From Phoronis australis (lineage: Eukaryota; Animalia; Phoronida): a stretch of DNA of 64,000 bases. The stretch is from assembly GCA_002633005.1 (NCBI GenBank), contig NMRA01000512.1, positions 66,540 to 130,539 on the forward strand, given 5' to 3'. The position numbers and the translations under genes are program-made. This document shows, one piece after another, positions 13,389-45,509 of this stretch (position 1 is the stretch's first letter; every line of letters begins with the position of its first letter). The notes beneath the pieces are model-generated. The model did not search any database and was not told where the DNA came from. It saw only the letters and a list, made by a program, of their open reading frames with translations.

Positions 13389-14677
13389 GATTCAGAAGCT
13401 CTCCTGCTAACAATCAAAACTTGAGATGACCAGAAGTCACAATTACATTCAAGGTTACCTGACCCTTTTGACTAGTGGTCATGTCTTTTTCTAGACTAGA
13501 CTTTTTGTATGGCGATATTCTGTCATTTGTTTTGTTCAAGTTGCTGGATCGGGATTTAGTTGAGATTTTTTCAAGTTTTTCATTTTATCATCATGATTCT
13601 CTGATAATGAATTGTAGCCCAAATTTGGTTGCACTGATCGTTAATAATCTTGAACACCAAATTCAATGGAGCACTGATGAAGGTTGTATCTGTGTACCAT
13701 ATATCTCTGTGTCCCACTGTCAGTGTGACTTGTATCAGAGGCCAGTCGACACATTTCATTTGCCACATAGCGTGTTATGGAATCTAATTTTCACCCAGCT
13801 CCATTGCACTCAGCACAGCTTCACCCCCAACCTAGAATCACTGCTTTACTGCGATTGCTTTTTATTTAATACAACTGCTTTTGTAGGATTTATACAGTAA
13901 TTGTCCTCTTGTTTCACCCAAAAATGTATTACAAAATGGCCATTTTTCGATTCTTCAGGGTCTGATTACCTTTTAGCAAAGAGTGGTAATTTTGAGCAGT
14001 TTTATATCTTCACGCTAGTCTGTGCTTGTGGTAGACTAAAATTAATGCTATTAATCTTTACTTTTGTGCAGAAATTTAACAGAATAGAATTTAAATGGTC
14101 AGCCATTTTGTGTGCAAAATAAGTGAAGGTTACCGTGTCTATTGGCAGTTCATATGACGAACTTGATGTTATTTATAATCGTCACCTTTTACATTATGTA
14201 GATTTTCATTTTTTCCTACAAGTGTTGTCTGTACTTTATTATTAGCAATATGTTATATATATAAGTGTAGACAGTTGTGCAAAACTTTACAGACAAACAT
14301 TTAGTAGAGATTTTGTCGAGTATTTCGGGTATTCAGTGTCCTATGTATTTTATATAACTGTTGTATATAGTGTTTTAAATTTATGTTTTGTGAGTGTAGT
14401 AGTGTTGACCTCACTTGACCTAATTATTGGCAAAGTGCAGACGACATTTTGGCTCCAATATCACAGCTTATTTTGTGTCAGAATGGTCAATATTAATTAC
14501 ATTTTCCACCAAATTTTCGAGTGACCCACAAATTTATGTTTCACACATTACTAGAGCTGGCTATGTTGTTATGATTAATGTGATGTCTGTCTTTTCAACT
14601 GTGCCAAGGATTTTTTGATATCAATGTAGTATTACCTCTGTGTGGTGTCTCTCGTATATTTAAAAGGTTCAGTGGCT

Positions 14678-14683
14678 AATAAA
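14678..14683 (+). terminator. Candidate FLOT1 polyadenylation signal
   Basis: AATAAA ~1.3 kb after the FLOT1 stop. Confidence 0.5.
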
Positions 14684-15098
14684 TGTCTCCTATATGACAG
14701 TATAGTTGAAACTCGGGGTTCTGCAGTTGAGTGGAATTTAATAACGTTTTAATTTAAAATAATTACATTTACCATACACAATGCACAGTACTTACATTAC
14801 AAATTATTACATCTTGACTTCATGAAAAAACAATTCGTATTGTGTCATTGGACGTAAGGGAGATAACTTGAGACTGAGAGCTTGTACTGCTCTCTAGTGA
14901 ACGAGGAAATGAGATGGCGTACACTATTTCTTCTAAAGAACCAAGTTGATGAATTGGGCCAAAAATCTATTATTTTTTCCAAGTTTGGGAAAATGATGAA
15001 AGCAGATCTGATGGAAAATACAAGTTTTACATTTTACGAGATTCGCTGGAAGTAATTGCAGAAGTACGAATCGTATTTCGTGAACCGCATTTTGTGAA

Positions 15099-18000
15099 CT
15101 ATGTGTCATCTTCGTCGTAATCTTCATCGTCATCATCATCATCATTTATACAGTCCATTAGTTCCTTATCAGCCCCACTGATGTCGCACTCGTCATCTGA
15201 ACTCTCATCATGCAGTGTCATTAAGGAATCGTACCCTGCAATAGAGACCCAACAGGAATTAACAGAAAAGATTGTAAGATGGCCAAATGATTTTGCACCC
15301 ATTATAGTTAACGCGGGCACCCAGCCTAAAATATAGGAGGGGCTTGAAGTTTTCGATATGCACACTTTTTACTGAAAAAAATCAAAAAGAACTAAAAAAA
15401 ACGGGGCCACTCTGGTTCAGGCCCACGAATTGTGCATCCACGCCGACTTCCTATGGATTTTGTGGACTTTTGACTCATTTACTCCGACTTTTTGTTTCAC
15501 CGAAGCGGACCTTTTTACCCAAATTGGGGGGGTTGCGCCCATGTAGTTATTATCCCATCATTTTGCCCCCATTATAATTATTATCCCATCACTTTGCTGG
15601 TAACAGAATTGGCACGTCTGAAAACTTGTCCCGAATTGCGTGTGCAATGCATTACCAGTATGCAGTGCAATGCATTACCAGTATGCAGTGCAATGCATTA
15701 CCAGTATGCAGTGCTATGCATTACCAGTATGCAGTGCAATGCATTACCAGTATGCAGTGCAATGCATTACCAGTATGCAGTGCAATGCATTACCAGTATG
15801 CAGTGCTCTCACTGGAATCAAAGGTCCTGTGCGGTCGGAATGATGGAACAAAGTCATCGTAATTTTCAAGGTTAAAAGTTTTTGTGAATATTAGATCATA
15901 GTTGAGTATGTGATACATTAACAAATTTATTTATTTATTTATTTTTTAAACTTCTTTAAAAGACTGGGTGACCACTTCTGACAGTGAATACACTGATTTT
16001 CAAGTGGGCATGAAGTAAAATACGGACACCTATGTACAATTAGATTGAAAAGATTAATAAATAAAATAAATTAGTATAAAAATTAGTTAATATGTACAAT
16101 TAGATGAATAAATAATATAAAATAGACTAAAATTATAATGATGAGCTGAGGCCTACAGTCCCGAACCACAAAAAAGTCCCAGTAATTGTGTTTGAAGACG
16201 TGGACATTGGGCACGTTCGCGACGTCAGTCCCCAGCCCGTTGATAGCAAGATGAAGTCAGCAGTGGGCACTAGACTGAAAAAATGTAGCTCACTTGACAT
16301 ATACGAATCTAATTAACAAACTTTAAGCAAAATTAATAGTTATCGATCGAAAATGAACAACGATTCAAAATTTGATTATGGTTTACACCCCGTGCTCACG
16401 AACCCAGGTGAGAACGCTAGTATGGTTCCTAATTCAGAAACTTACCTTTTTCACTCATTAAGTGAAGCATCTGTCTCTTCATTGCCCTGGTAACCTTGCT
16501 GTAAAAGTTCTTTACACACCAACCGTCAGTGGATGAACACTTACCCTCCTATAGTGACAAAATAGAGACCTCGTGTAAGAATAACTCCAAAATTCATGTA
16601 CAACATAAGTTGATGACTAACACATTCTCCAAGCAGATTCATACACTTGACTCAGAGGTTCTTTGGGTCACCTGAGCCAGGTAAACGAACTTTAAAAAGG
16701 GTGCCTGAATGATGAAGTCAGATCTCATCAGGTGAAAATTCCTGATACGATGTTCTCAAGTTGGTGAGGTGTTGCATATCAGTAATTAAAATCTTCCTTT
16801 ACAGTACACAAGAGGAAATTTCTACTTGTAACAACTGTAAACGTTTTCCCTGCTAATGTGGAAACTATAGGGAGAAGAATAACAATGCAACCAAGTCAGC
16901 AAGAACAAGACTGTTTTGGAGAAAAGAAATGCAAAAAACAGGACTGAGGTCAAAGGTCAATCCACTGGTCTGTGTTAAGGTCCCACTACTGAAAAAACAA
17001 ACTCCCGGATTTTCCAATTAGAGAGCGCTGTTGACCATGAGTGTACTCACCTTCCCATCATTCCTGTGAACTATTTCCTGTGCCTCGTCCATCTCGATAT
17101 CACACAGTTGGAAATGCATCATTTTGTATGCAGGCAGTCGATTGGACAAAAACTTGTACGAGTCATCCTAGCAATAAACAAGTCAGATGATTGCCGGAAA
17201 TTCCCCCAAAAATTATAATGCAACAGCCTTATTTAGCTGATTACCATACTCATTTATATACACTCAAGAGTTTGAGGGTGAAATGCCCACTACTAAGTCT
17301 GATTGGATATCTGTATTCGACCGGTGGTCCTGATGACTCGGTGGAATAGAGCGTTTGCACGGTGAGCAGAAGGTACCGAAATCGAGACGCAACAGGGGTA
17401 GAAATCTTCACGTGATATGGCCACAGGTGATGTGCTAACCAGACTTAAAAATCTGTGATGTACTCAGTTTATTTGATATACTACTGCAACTTTCATCTAA
17501 TTTCTCAAACTAAGCTTTTTCGAACTTCAACAGTATGTTCTTCACAGGGTGTCATAAGTATAGCCTGAGAAACACCTGAATTCAGGTAAATTACATGAGC
17601 CCCCTATCACACGATCACCTCCTTACACATGGTCTGCTTTCTGCTCCCAATCTATTCAAAAAGAGGCACCGTTATTTAACAGCATCAGCTAATGAATATC
17701 GAGTCACCTATTCCTTAAAAAGCCCTAGTGATCCAGTGCTCTACCGCTCACTACATACCCCCCCTTAATCTTGAAGGCACTGTGCCCTACACCTACACTT
17801 CCCAAAACGCCTGTAGGAGTCGCCACTTACCAAGCTTTCCACTGCCCGTTCTGTATCTACTGAGCTCTGCTTCATCCTTTGATGGATCCCACGAGGTTTG
17901 TGAATGGACATTCTCTTAGCAGGTTCTGCACGCCATAACGAGGCCCTCCTGTTCCCAATGGGCTCATCTTTATTCGGGTCATTCACTGAAATAGGACACA

Positions 18001-21000
18001 ACTGGAGTCACGAAACTGACTTTAAACAGAAAAGATAATTTTCACAAGTTATCAGTCTGTAACTAAAAGCTACGAGTATATTCTCAGAGACTCCAATTAC
18101 ACCTTTATCAAGTTTTAATTAATAGTGTGGAGGGTAACTATCAAATTTCTGACTTAAGCCTCAAGTTACTTTTGATGAAACAGAGCCCAGTCTACGTAAT
18201 TGTCAGTATATTTTCTGCTATTTTACATTAATTTCTTATTTTGTTTTACACACAATGTAATAAAACTCAAAATGTATGTGTGTGTGTGTGTGTGTGTGCA
18301 TGCGTGTGTGTGTGTGCGTGCGTGTGTGCATGCGTGTGTGTGTGTGCGTGTGTGTGTGTGGGAGCGTGCGTGTGCGCGTGTGTGTGTGTAACTGAGACAA
18401 GTTTTGTTGAACATGAAGTTCTATTTGCACTTACTGACCCTACAGATAAACGGTGTAATTGGCGGCAGGCTGCTATGTAAATTCTTAAGCAGGCGTAGCA
18501 CTGTATATCACAGACAAAGCAACCAGGACCAGTTGGGGCAGAGACCTTTCAGAATTATATTCATTAGGTAACGTGACGTGACCACAGGAGGAATATTGAC
18601 TAGACTTAAAAATGTTTGTGACATGCATTTCCGCGGTATCTTAAGAATTACCAGGAGTTCAAGGGCGAGATGCCTACTAAGTCTGATTGAATTTCTGTGT
18701 TCAGCCAATGGACTAGAGAGTCTGCATGGTTAGCACAACGACAAGGTCAAGGGTTCGAGTCCCGGTTGGGGCAGAGATCTTTTCAGACTTATATTCAATA
18801 GGTCACGTGGTGTGGCCACAGGTGGCGTGCTCACCAGACTTAAAATATTTTGGAAATCTCTGTATGCCCAAATATTAGAATCCAAAAATAAGCCGATAAT
18901 TAATAAGCACATGAAACATAGACAATCTGACATTTCTGATTGCTGCTGAGTTTATGAAAACAAGACCTCACAAATATCAAGAGGCCAAGTTTTGTGTTGC
19001 CTCTGAGGGAAGAGGGCAATATTCCAGATGGCATCAATTCACAACTAGTCTTTTGCTGAAGTTAGAAATATCAACTAGATGACTACACAAGGCAGTCACT
19101 GACAGCAACATCCCCTGCAAGATATTTTCATTGTAGGAGTTGTGCTCAGAACAGTTCCAAACATGCATGGCGGCAAGCAAAAATGGGCAATGATTCAAGG
19201 AAATACGGTCAAATCACAAAACACTGACGATAGACGCTAGAATGATGACACAGTTTCTGGACATTGGTCGAAATTGGGAAAGAAATATAGGATTTACTCA
19301 TGCAAAAGAATATTTCCCTACATGTGGGCGTGAAATCGAGAATGGGCCATAATTCAAGAAAATACGGTCGAATTATATCAAAATGCTGATGATATGCACT
19401 ATGGTACTCTGTAAGTTTTTTTTTGAAATTTTGGTTAAAATCTGATGAGAAATGGCAGAGCAGTTGTACACAGATCACTTCTTTCCAGAAAAACGGATGG
19501 ACACCCGGTGAAACCACGGATACACCGATTGACGCATATAATTACTTTGGCAGGGGATAATAAGAAAAAACTGACCATCACTATCTGGATGAATGACATA
19601 AACTGACCATCACTACCTGGATGAATGACATATTTAAACTGACCATCACTACCTGGATGAATGACATATTTAAACTGACCATCACTACCTGGATGAATGA
19701 CATAAACTGACCATCACTACCTGGATGAATTTTTTAAACTGACCATTACTACCTGGGTGAATGCCTCATCTCCTATGAGCCTCATTACCCATGAGCCTCA
19801 TCACCCATGAGCAACGAACTTCACAATAGCCACATCCCGAATTCGACTCTTCTCTTTGCAGAGGTACAATACCACATTTTATGACAAACCCAATTTTGAA
19901 AGATTAAGCCCAAGATGGACAAGTAGAGAGCGATATGTTGCACCCACTTAATATTTTTGTGAGTCTGCACTGTAACTCACTAAACATATGGAACAATCGC
20001 TAGGCTGATATCAAGCCATGTATATCGACAGAGACCAACGTTGACCAAACACTAAGTGCAACATTGGTCTCCCGAAGTCCGTGTGACCTAATTAGACTGA
20101 AGAACCAGTCTATATGTTTAATGACACGATCACTGATACTTCTTTCCTCTGACTTTTTTTGTATCTTGAGATTAGCTTGGTCTTATCTGCATTAATGTAC
20201 TGACATCTGCTGGCTTCGTACGGTCAGAGTTCATAGTTTTTACAGCATCTGATTAGCCAGATCGCGAATTATGTCCGTGCGGCATGAATGAAAGTTGGCA
20301 TTCCCCCACCAGGTTGGTCTACATTATGGTTTATCGGAAGATATCATACCAATCGCAGGTCTTGTAATAATAAAGCACTATTGAGAAGTTATCATACCAG
20401 TCTCAAGTCTTTAATAATAAAACATTATTGAGAAGTTATCATACCAATCGCAGGTCTTGTAATAATAAAACATCATAATAGATATTAGAATGTGATTTAT
20501 GTTGAGGCAAGTTCCAAACAGATGTCCATAATTGAGGTATTAATCACCGAGAAATCAGAATCAGGCTACGATCCCCCGTGATGTGGTTATGTTCCACCCG
20601 TACCTATACATCCCTTTGAGCGAAAGTCCACCATTTGATACTGTTTTGCCTCTATGTGCTGCTTGGGATCGTAACCAAGTCTCACCCACAAGTTCCTCCA
20701 TGGCCCTGAGGTGACAAAGTACGCCACCAGAGGGAGCACCAGCTTCAAGCGGTTTGCAGTGATTGATGGGAGGTGGCAGGTGAGGCGGTACTTGGACCAA
20801 ATTGGCATGGTTTGGAATTTCTGAAATGAAATGCAAAACTTGGTTGTCAACTCCACCTAGTGCACAGACAAAATAGCAACCACACAGAGATCAAATTTGA
20901 TCAGCGAAATCACGCGATCAAGCTGTATACAGAAATAACACAGGAATGACTTTCAAGGATAACAAAATGACCTTCATGAGGTAAACACAAATAATGACAG

Positions 21001-24000
21001 ATTTCGGTTAACGTTGGCCACGATTACAACAAAATGAGTCACATGACTCTCCCTATGAGTGTCAATTCTAGTGAGAAGCTTGACGTGACTGGACAAGGTT
21101 TAGAGACCGTTGTCTTGACTGAGAGATTTGATTAGCCTAGACGTAATAGTTAAAATGATGCCCCAAGCTCTTGTTCAGCAGAGAACACTAATAGTAAAAA
21201 TTACCTCAGAACACTAATAGTACAATTTACCTCAGAACACTAATAGGACAATTTACCTCAGAACACTAGTAGTACAAGTTACCTCAGAACACTAATAGTA
21301 CAAGTTACCTCAGAAACCATTTCCATTATCTCCGGAGTAATAAGAGGGGTGAAATCTTTAACTGCGAGTTCCAAAGGTTCTGTTGGTACAGGATCATCAA
21401 AAGCCACAAATATAGTTTTATTTGTCCGCCTTTTCCTATCTGAAAAATGTCAAAAAGCAACATGATCATAGCATTATTGATGACAGCAAGTTTCGATAAA
21501 TTAATATTCGTCACATTAATTTACTATCAATATGCCATAGTTTCAAAAAACACCTGACAAAAGATGTCAAATTTTGTTGAAATTATAGAAAAATTTCCAC
21601 CAGAAAGAAATCCTAAGAATTTCTGTCAATGTTAAATAGTTCTCAACAACTAACCCTAAGTTTTTGTTCCAAGAGTTATGCTAATTTTATTTGATATTTA
21701 TCAAATTCTGTACCACAAGTGCAGTGGGGTTATACTCATCTGCTTAAATGGTTACACTACCCATAGAGACATAATGTGAATTACTACGTAATATATCCTG
21801 TTTACATGGAATATTTTTTATTATGACAAATACACAGAAACAACTGGTCTCCATGGAAACTAGACCAGGGCATTTTGGACGAGAAAAACCAAAAATCTAA
21901 AGTCGCATCTTTTGAATCACAAAACTCAAATACCGTGTGCAGTAATTGTATTCACACAAGTCATTTGACCAAAAGGTGGAACAAGTCATTTAACCAGTAG
22001 GTAGCGCAATCATTTAACCAGTAGGTGGCGCAGTGCCATATGTGCTGCTGCGCCCCAAGGTGCCAGTAGTCTACTATGAAAACTAGGAAAGTGGAAATTT
22101 TAATAATTATATTTGAACGAAATTGAAAAACCACAATGCTATGATAACTTGGCAACACAATACTCCTCTTTCACAATATGTACACTTACTGATTCCGGGC
22201 AAGAGTTTGGTCTTTGGAGTGGAGGGTCCTTTCAGTGGGTCGGCCCTGTACATATAATTTATTGGTTTGTGGAAGCGAGAGAAAACGATTGGAGGAATGA
22301 ACAAGGGCACATTCGCATCCAGGATGGCTGTGTGACTTGGGAGTTCATTGTCAAACTGTAGTTGGTCGACTAGCGATTTGTACTGACCGGAAGGCTTGCG
22401 CTCAACTGGTAAATACTGGAAGTCTGCCATGCCTGAATGAATGAAAGAAAAAAAGTCACAGAAATGTGAAACCCGTTACCTGTTTATAAGACAGTGAAGA
22501 TAGCAAGACAAAAACCACAAAAAACAAAACGTTGGTACAAAAATGTGATAAATTGGTTTTCATTGTTTTCTTTCCCGTTATTTAGAAAAGGCAAGTATCA
22601 GAGACAACATATCAACAGCTCTGCCTAAATTTTTCCGTTAAACTCTTGTGCGTGAAGCGTCTACATCAAAGGCAACTCCATTAACTAAGAATTAGCAGTG
22701 GATGTAAAGTTGCGATTGTGAACGCCCGTACCTGGCACAACACTCCCCCCACACTGGGGGACAACTATGTGTAAAAGCCTCGAACATAATTAATCTAGAG
22801 AATAACACAATAACACAATAACAAAATAACACAATACCGTCAAATTTATATGTAATTCCAATGACACCCAAGATTTCCGTCTCATATTTCACTTCCTCCG
22901 TAACTGTGCCATCCATATTCCGAAGTTTTCTACGCTTTCGTTTCACCTTCATCAGCAAGTTGGTTGACGGATATTTGACAGCAAACACAGGCTTGCAGTA
23001 GAACTCTCTTGGACGCCACTTCATCTCCAGATGGCTGCCATTTTTAGAGTGACTCTGCAAGATAGAAATGCATTGCATCCAACTCAAACTAGACTCTACA
23101 CATCAACATGCAAGATTGTTAGAACAACTTAAAGAGGATATCTAATGGAAATGATTAACTCTGAACCCAACTCCGATTGTTGGACGAAGCAATCTCTTTT
23201 TATATGCATATGTGCACTGGCTTGGGTATGAAATTTCGTGTTTGACTTTATGACAATGACATTGATTCTAATCTTCAGCAAAGTCCATTTCCTAAGAGCA
23301 AGTTACCACAATGACAACTGGTGCCCAACAAGATTAGCATCTAAATGACAAGACCTAAAAACAGAACAAACAACCATCGTCAGTTAAAGACCTGATGGAG
23401 TGGATGAAAACTTTGGGAATCGACCGACACTTACCTTGCCAGTTACAGCTGTTTCAAAAAGAAAAACACATGCAATACATGTCATTTTCTTGCCTCATTC
23501 TCCAGCCTTTGCACAAAAGAAATGTCTGTCATCGCGGGACACACGCATGAGCCATGCAGTTTTTGCAACCCTTTTGAGAGATCACAAACATTTTTAAGTC
23601 TGGTCTACGCGTCACGGCTAACGAACATAGGTGGCGTGCAGACCAGGTTTAAAAATGTTTGTGACCTATATTTCCATGCCGGTTTAAGATTAACATATTT
23701 ATATATTTACACATTTTGAGAGATGATGACAAACTCGCTTCGCAGAAGCAAAATTTGCACAAAAATTTGGTTTGCTGTAAGTAAAATACAAAAAAATGTA
23801 ATGAAGCGCATCCTGTTCGGATTTGTAGTGAACTTTACACAACCTTTTAATGGGCAATGACCATCGCCTCTGTTGGCTTGAACCAGAGGCGATGCAGAGG
23901 CTATAGGCGCTCTGTACGCCGGAAGCTTTTCAGCGAATTATGCCTTGTACCGACTAAACCATCAGAGTCACGTTGTTATAAATACCTTTTGCGCATAGAG

Positions 24001-26047
24001 GAACACCTGAGGAGGTTGTCGATGTGTTTAATTCCTTCCAACTCGAACAAATATTCCCGTTATGAAACTTTTTCTTCGAGCAGTCCCTATTTCAGTTCCC
24101 AAAATCGTGAACTCACCATTTTTATACTGCGCACGCTCCAATTTTTACCACGCTCGCTAGGTGATGTGACTTCAAGACCTCAATCTTTAAATAGGCCAAA
24201 GGTGAGCCATTGCGGTCATGTCAGTCAAATGTTCGTTTCCAAAATGCCACCACTTATACTTGTCTTTAATTGAAGTTACTTGAAACTGATTGTATTTCAA
24301 TGAATTATTGTTTGTATTTGATAAAAATAAATGCTGTTGGTATGACATTTAATAGTCTTCATGCACATATTTGACATTTTAATGTTTAACAACATGGCAA
24401 ATGCACGGCTGGTTCCCGGCAGCACGTACGCAAAGGACAGGAACTTCAGCTTTCAATTTCGCCGGTAGGACCACAACTTCTGACCTTCCGCCTGGTTAAA
24501 AAATGAAAATGTTGATTTCACGATTTTGGGAACTGAAATAGGGACTACTCGAAGAAAAAGTTTCATAACGGCAGTATTTGTTCGAGTTGGAAGGAATTAA
24601 ACACATCGACTACCTGTCCTCTAAGGTGTTCCTCTATGCACAAAAGGTATTTATAACAACATGACTTTGATGGTTTAGTCGGTGCGAGGCATAATTCGCC
24701 GAAAAGCTTCCGGCGTACAGAGCGCCTATAGAAGCTGCATCACCTCTGGTTCGGGCCAACAGAGGCGATGGTCATTGCCTAATAGGTGGCGTGCAGACCA
24801 GGCTTAAAAATGTTTGTGATCTATATACTGGGGAGCCCAATGTTCGTCCGCCTAAGCATAAAACCGACTTGCTGTTGTACTCACCGAATTATTCCACTTC
24901 AAAGTTATGATCTGAATAGGATTCGATTTAACTCTCACAGATATACCGCATTCATCGATTCGGAAGTTTTCTTTAATTTGTGCCGAGTTATTTCAAATGT
25001 GCACTGCCTTCGGCAGCCATTTTATTGTGACACCTAAGTTCGTCATATGCTGCCCCCTTTTGTAAAAACTGAGAAACATGCAGAAAAAGGCCAACGAAGT
25101 AATGAAAATTGCAACAGCCTGTTTTTATTGACATAAACTCGATTTGAAGCTTTGATGTTGAGCTCTGCACTGTGGTTTCCAATAAAAGCCAATTGGACAA
25201 CATTTCAATGCAGTTTAATGGTGAATGCGTGAGGCAAAAATGTTAAGAACCCAGCGTATCGCATTTGTCTGCGGATTTTTCCTTTGGCCTTCTAGATCCT
25301 ACTAGTGCCTGGGACAAACAGATACATTGCATAAACAAACCCTGGATCATGTTTTGTGTCCCGTCGGAAGAAAATTTAAATTCGAAAACATCTTCTGAAA
25401 ACGCACAAAAAAGTGTATTAGTAAAATCTACTGATTTTTAAGTGGTTTTAAAAAACAATCGGTAAACTCACCGATTTTTGTCTCATTACTTTGATACGTG
25501 TCTCTTCCGATAAGTTAGTACCTAACGTGCAGACGAGAACTCCAAATTGGAACGCTAAGTCCCGCGTGGTTGCGCTGCACGCGAAACAAGATGGCGGACG
25601 AACTTTGGAGCCTGACGAAAATAGGTAACCGGACGATATTTCCACACCGGTTTAAGATTATTTACACATTTTGAGAGATGATGACAAACTCGCTTCGCAG
25701 AAGCAAAGTTTGCACAAAAATTTGGTTTGCTGAAAGTAAAATACAAAAAAAATGTAATGAAGCGCATCCAGTTCGGATAATTTGTAGTGAACTTTACACA
25801 ACCTTTTAAATTAATGGAGAACAGCTGAGTGAAGCAATCGTGAAAAAATAATTTGGCAAATAGTTCAGGACTCAAGTCAGTTACACCCAGCAGTCTCTCA
25901 AGTCAAACCGACTCCACCTTTCTGAGCCACTACCTTTGAAATCTGTTTTTCTCCACCTAAAGTTTCTAACATCTTGTCTTCATTCTCGACAATAGCAGGA
26001 TATTCAACGCAGACGAACCGTGGATTCCCTCTTGTCTGCTCGTCCAT
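15099..26047 (-). CDS. GTF3C5: General transcription factor IIIC subunit 5 (TFIIIC63/Tau95), 9 coding exons
   Basis: Exons 26047-25934, 23054-22838, 22432-22190, 21439-21309, 20820-20604, 17985-17831, 17167-17051, 16548-16446, 15235-15099, all phase-consistent. Motifs FVCVEYP..V.N.DKMLETLGG, GMADFQYL, FIPPIVFSRF, PIWSK, YFVTSGPWRNLWVRLGYDP, FQLCDI, DGW and an acidic tail. Confidence 0.93.
15643..15805. repeat. 23-bp minisatellite, ~7 copies
   Basis: Unit tgcaatgcattaccagtatgcag; explains the repetitive ORFs at 15492-15875. Confidence 0.95.
15925..16250 (-). mobile_element. Probable LINE (L2/CR1-like) 3' fragment
   Basis: Minus strand gives INGLGTDVANVPNVHVFKHN, similar to the RT C-terminal WNxLP...FK motif, then an AT-rich UTR ending in (AATA)n. 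Confidence 0.35.
17281..17460 (+). mobile_element. Degenerate tRNA-derived SINE-like repeat copy
   Basis: Shares ctactaagtctgattg and cacgtg..ggccacaggtg..gtgct.accagacttaaaa with 18668-18850; A-box-like ctcggtggaatagagcg. Confidence 0.55.
18275..18389. repeat. (TG)n/(TGCG)n microsatellite
   Basis: Direct observation. Confidence 0.97.
18525..18850 (+). mobile_element. Two tandem copies (one partial) of the same SINE-like repeat; B box GGTTCGAGTCC at ~18751
   Basis: gttggggcagaga.ctttcaga.ttatattca.tagg occurs twice; canonical Pol III B box in the second copy. Confidence 0.6.
19569..19762. repeat. 30-35-bp minisatellite, ~6 copies
   Basis: Unit aactgaccatcactacctggatgaatgacata, with a short AT-rich extension in some copies. 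Confidence 0.9.
20341..20472. repeat. ~48-bp tandem repeat, 3 copies
   Basis: Unit tatcataccaatcgcaggtcttgtaataataaa.ca.tattgagaagt. Confidence 0.85.
21182..21314 (-). repeat. 26-bp tandem repeat containing the GTF3C5 exon 4 donor
   Basis: ttacctcaga recurs at 21201, 21227, 21253, 21279 and 21305 (minus strand TCTGAG|GTAA). Confidence 0.9.
23852..24780. mobile_element. MITE with ~260-bp terminal inverted repeats and 3-bp TSD (PIF/Harbinger-like)
   Basis: 23852-24112 is the near reverse complement of 24518-24780 (RGGCAATGACCATCGCCTCTGTTGGC...); AAT flanks both ends. Confidence 0.9.
24827..25615. mobile_element. Second insertion with imperfect TIRs
   Basis: gcccaatgttcgtccgcc (left) versus ggcggacgaactttggagc (right); interrupts a duplicated host segment. 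Confidence 0.5.
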
Positions 26048-26244
26048 GTTTGACCCAGTTGTGAAACAAAAACTAGGTCGAAAGTCTCAAAAACGCAATG
26101 TTGTCTGGTTAGCTGAGTTTTATCATTGTACTAGTTAATTCGTTATCTTTTCAATCACTAATATTTTTACATGTTTTCAAAGTTCATGCAAAAGAGTGAA
26201 AACTTACAGAAAAAGCATATTAGATTTGAGACTACTGAGAAGCA
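26048..26244. promoter_or_regulatory. Bidirectional promoter region GTF3C5 / SKIV2L
   Basis: Only 197 bp between the divergent ATGs. Confidence 0.75.

Positions 26245-45509
<19,265 letters not shown>

Noticed and set aside
13475-14618. Several ORFs after FLOT1
   Set aside because: AT-rich 3'UTR; low-complexity hydrophobic translations with no recognisable domain.
15492-15875. Cys-rich repetitive ORFs
   Set aside because: Translations of a 23-bp intronic minisatellite in all frames.
18200-18480. CV/HT-repeat ORFs
   Set aside because: TG microsatellite.
18720-18775. Possible tRNA gene
   Set aside because: B box present but no full cloverleaf; embedded in a repeated SINE-like unit.
23857-24273. 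138-aa ORF as a transposase
   Set aside because: Lies in the MITE inverted repeat; no catalytic motifs.
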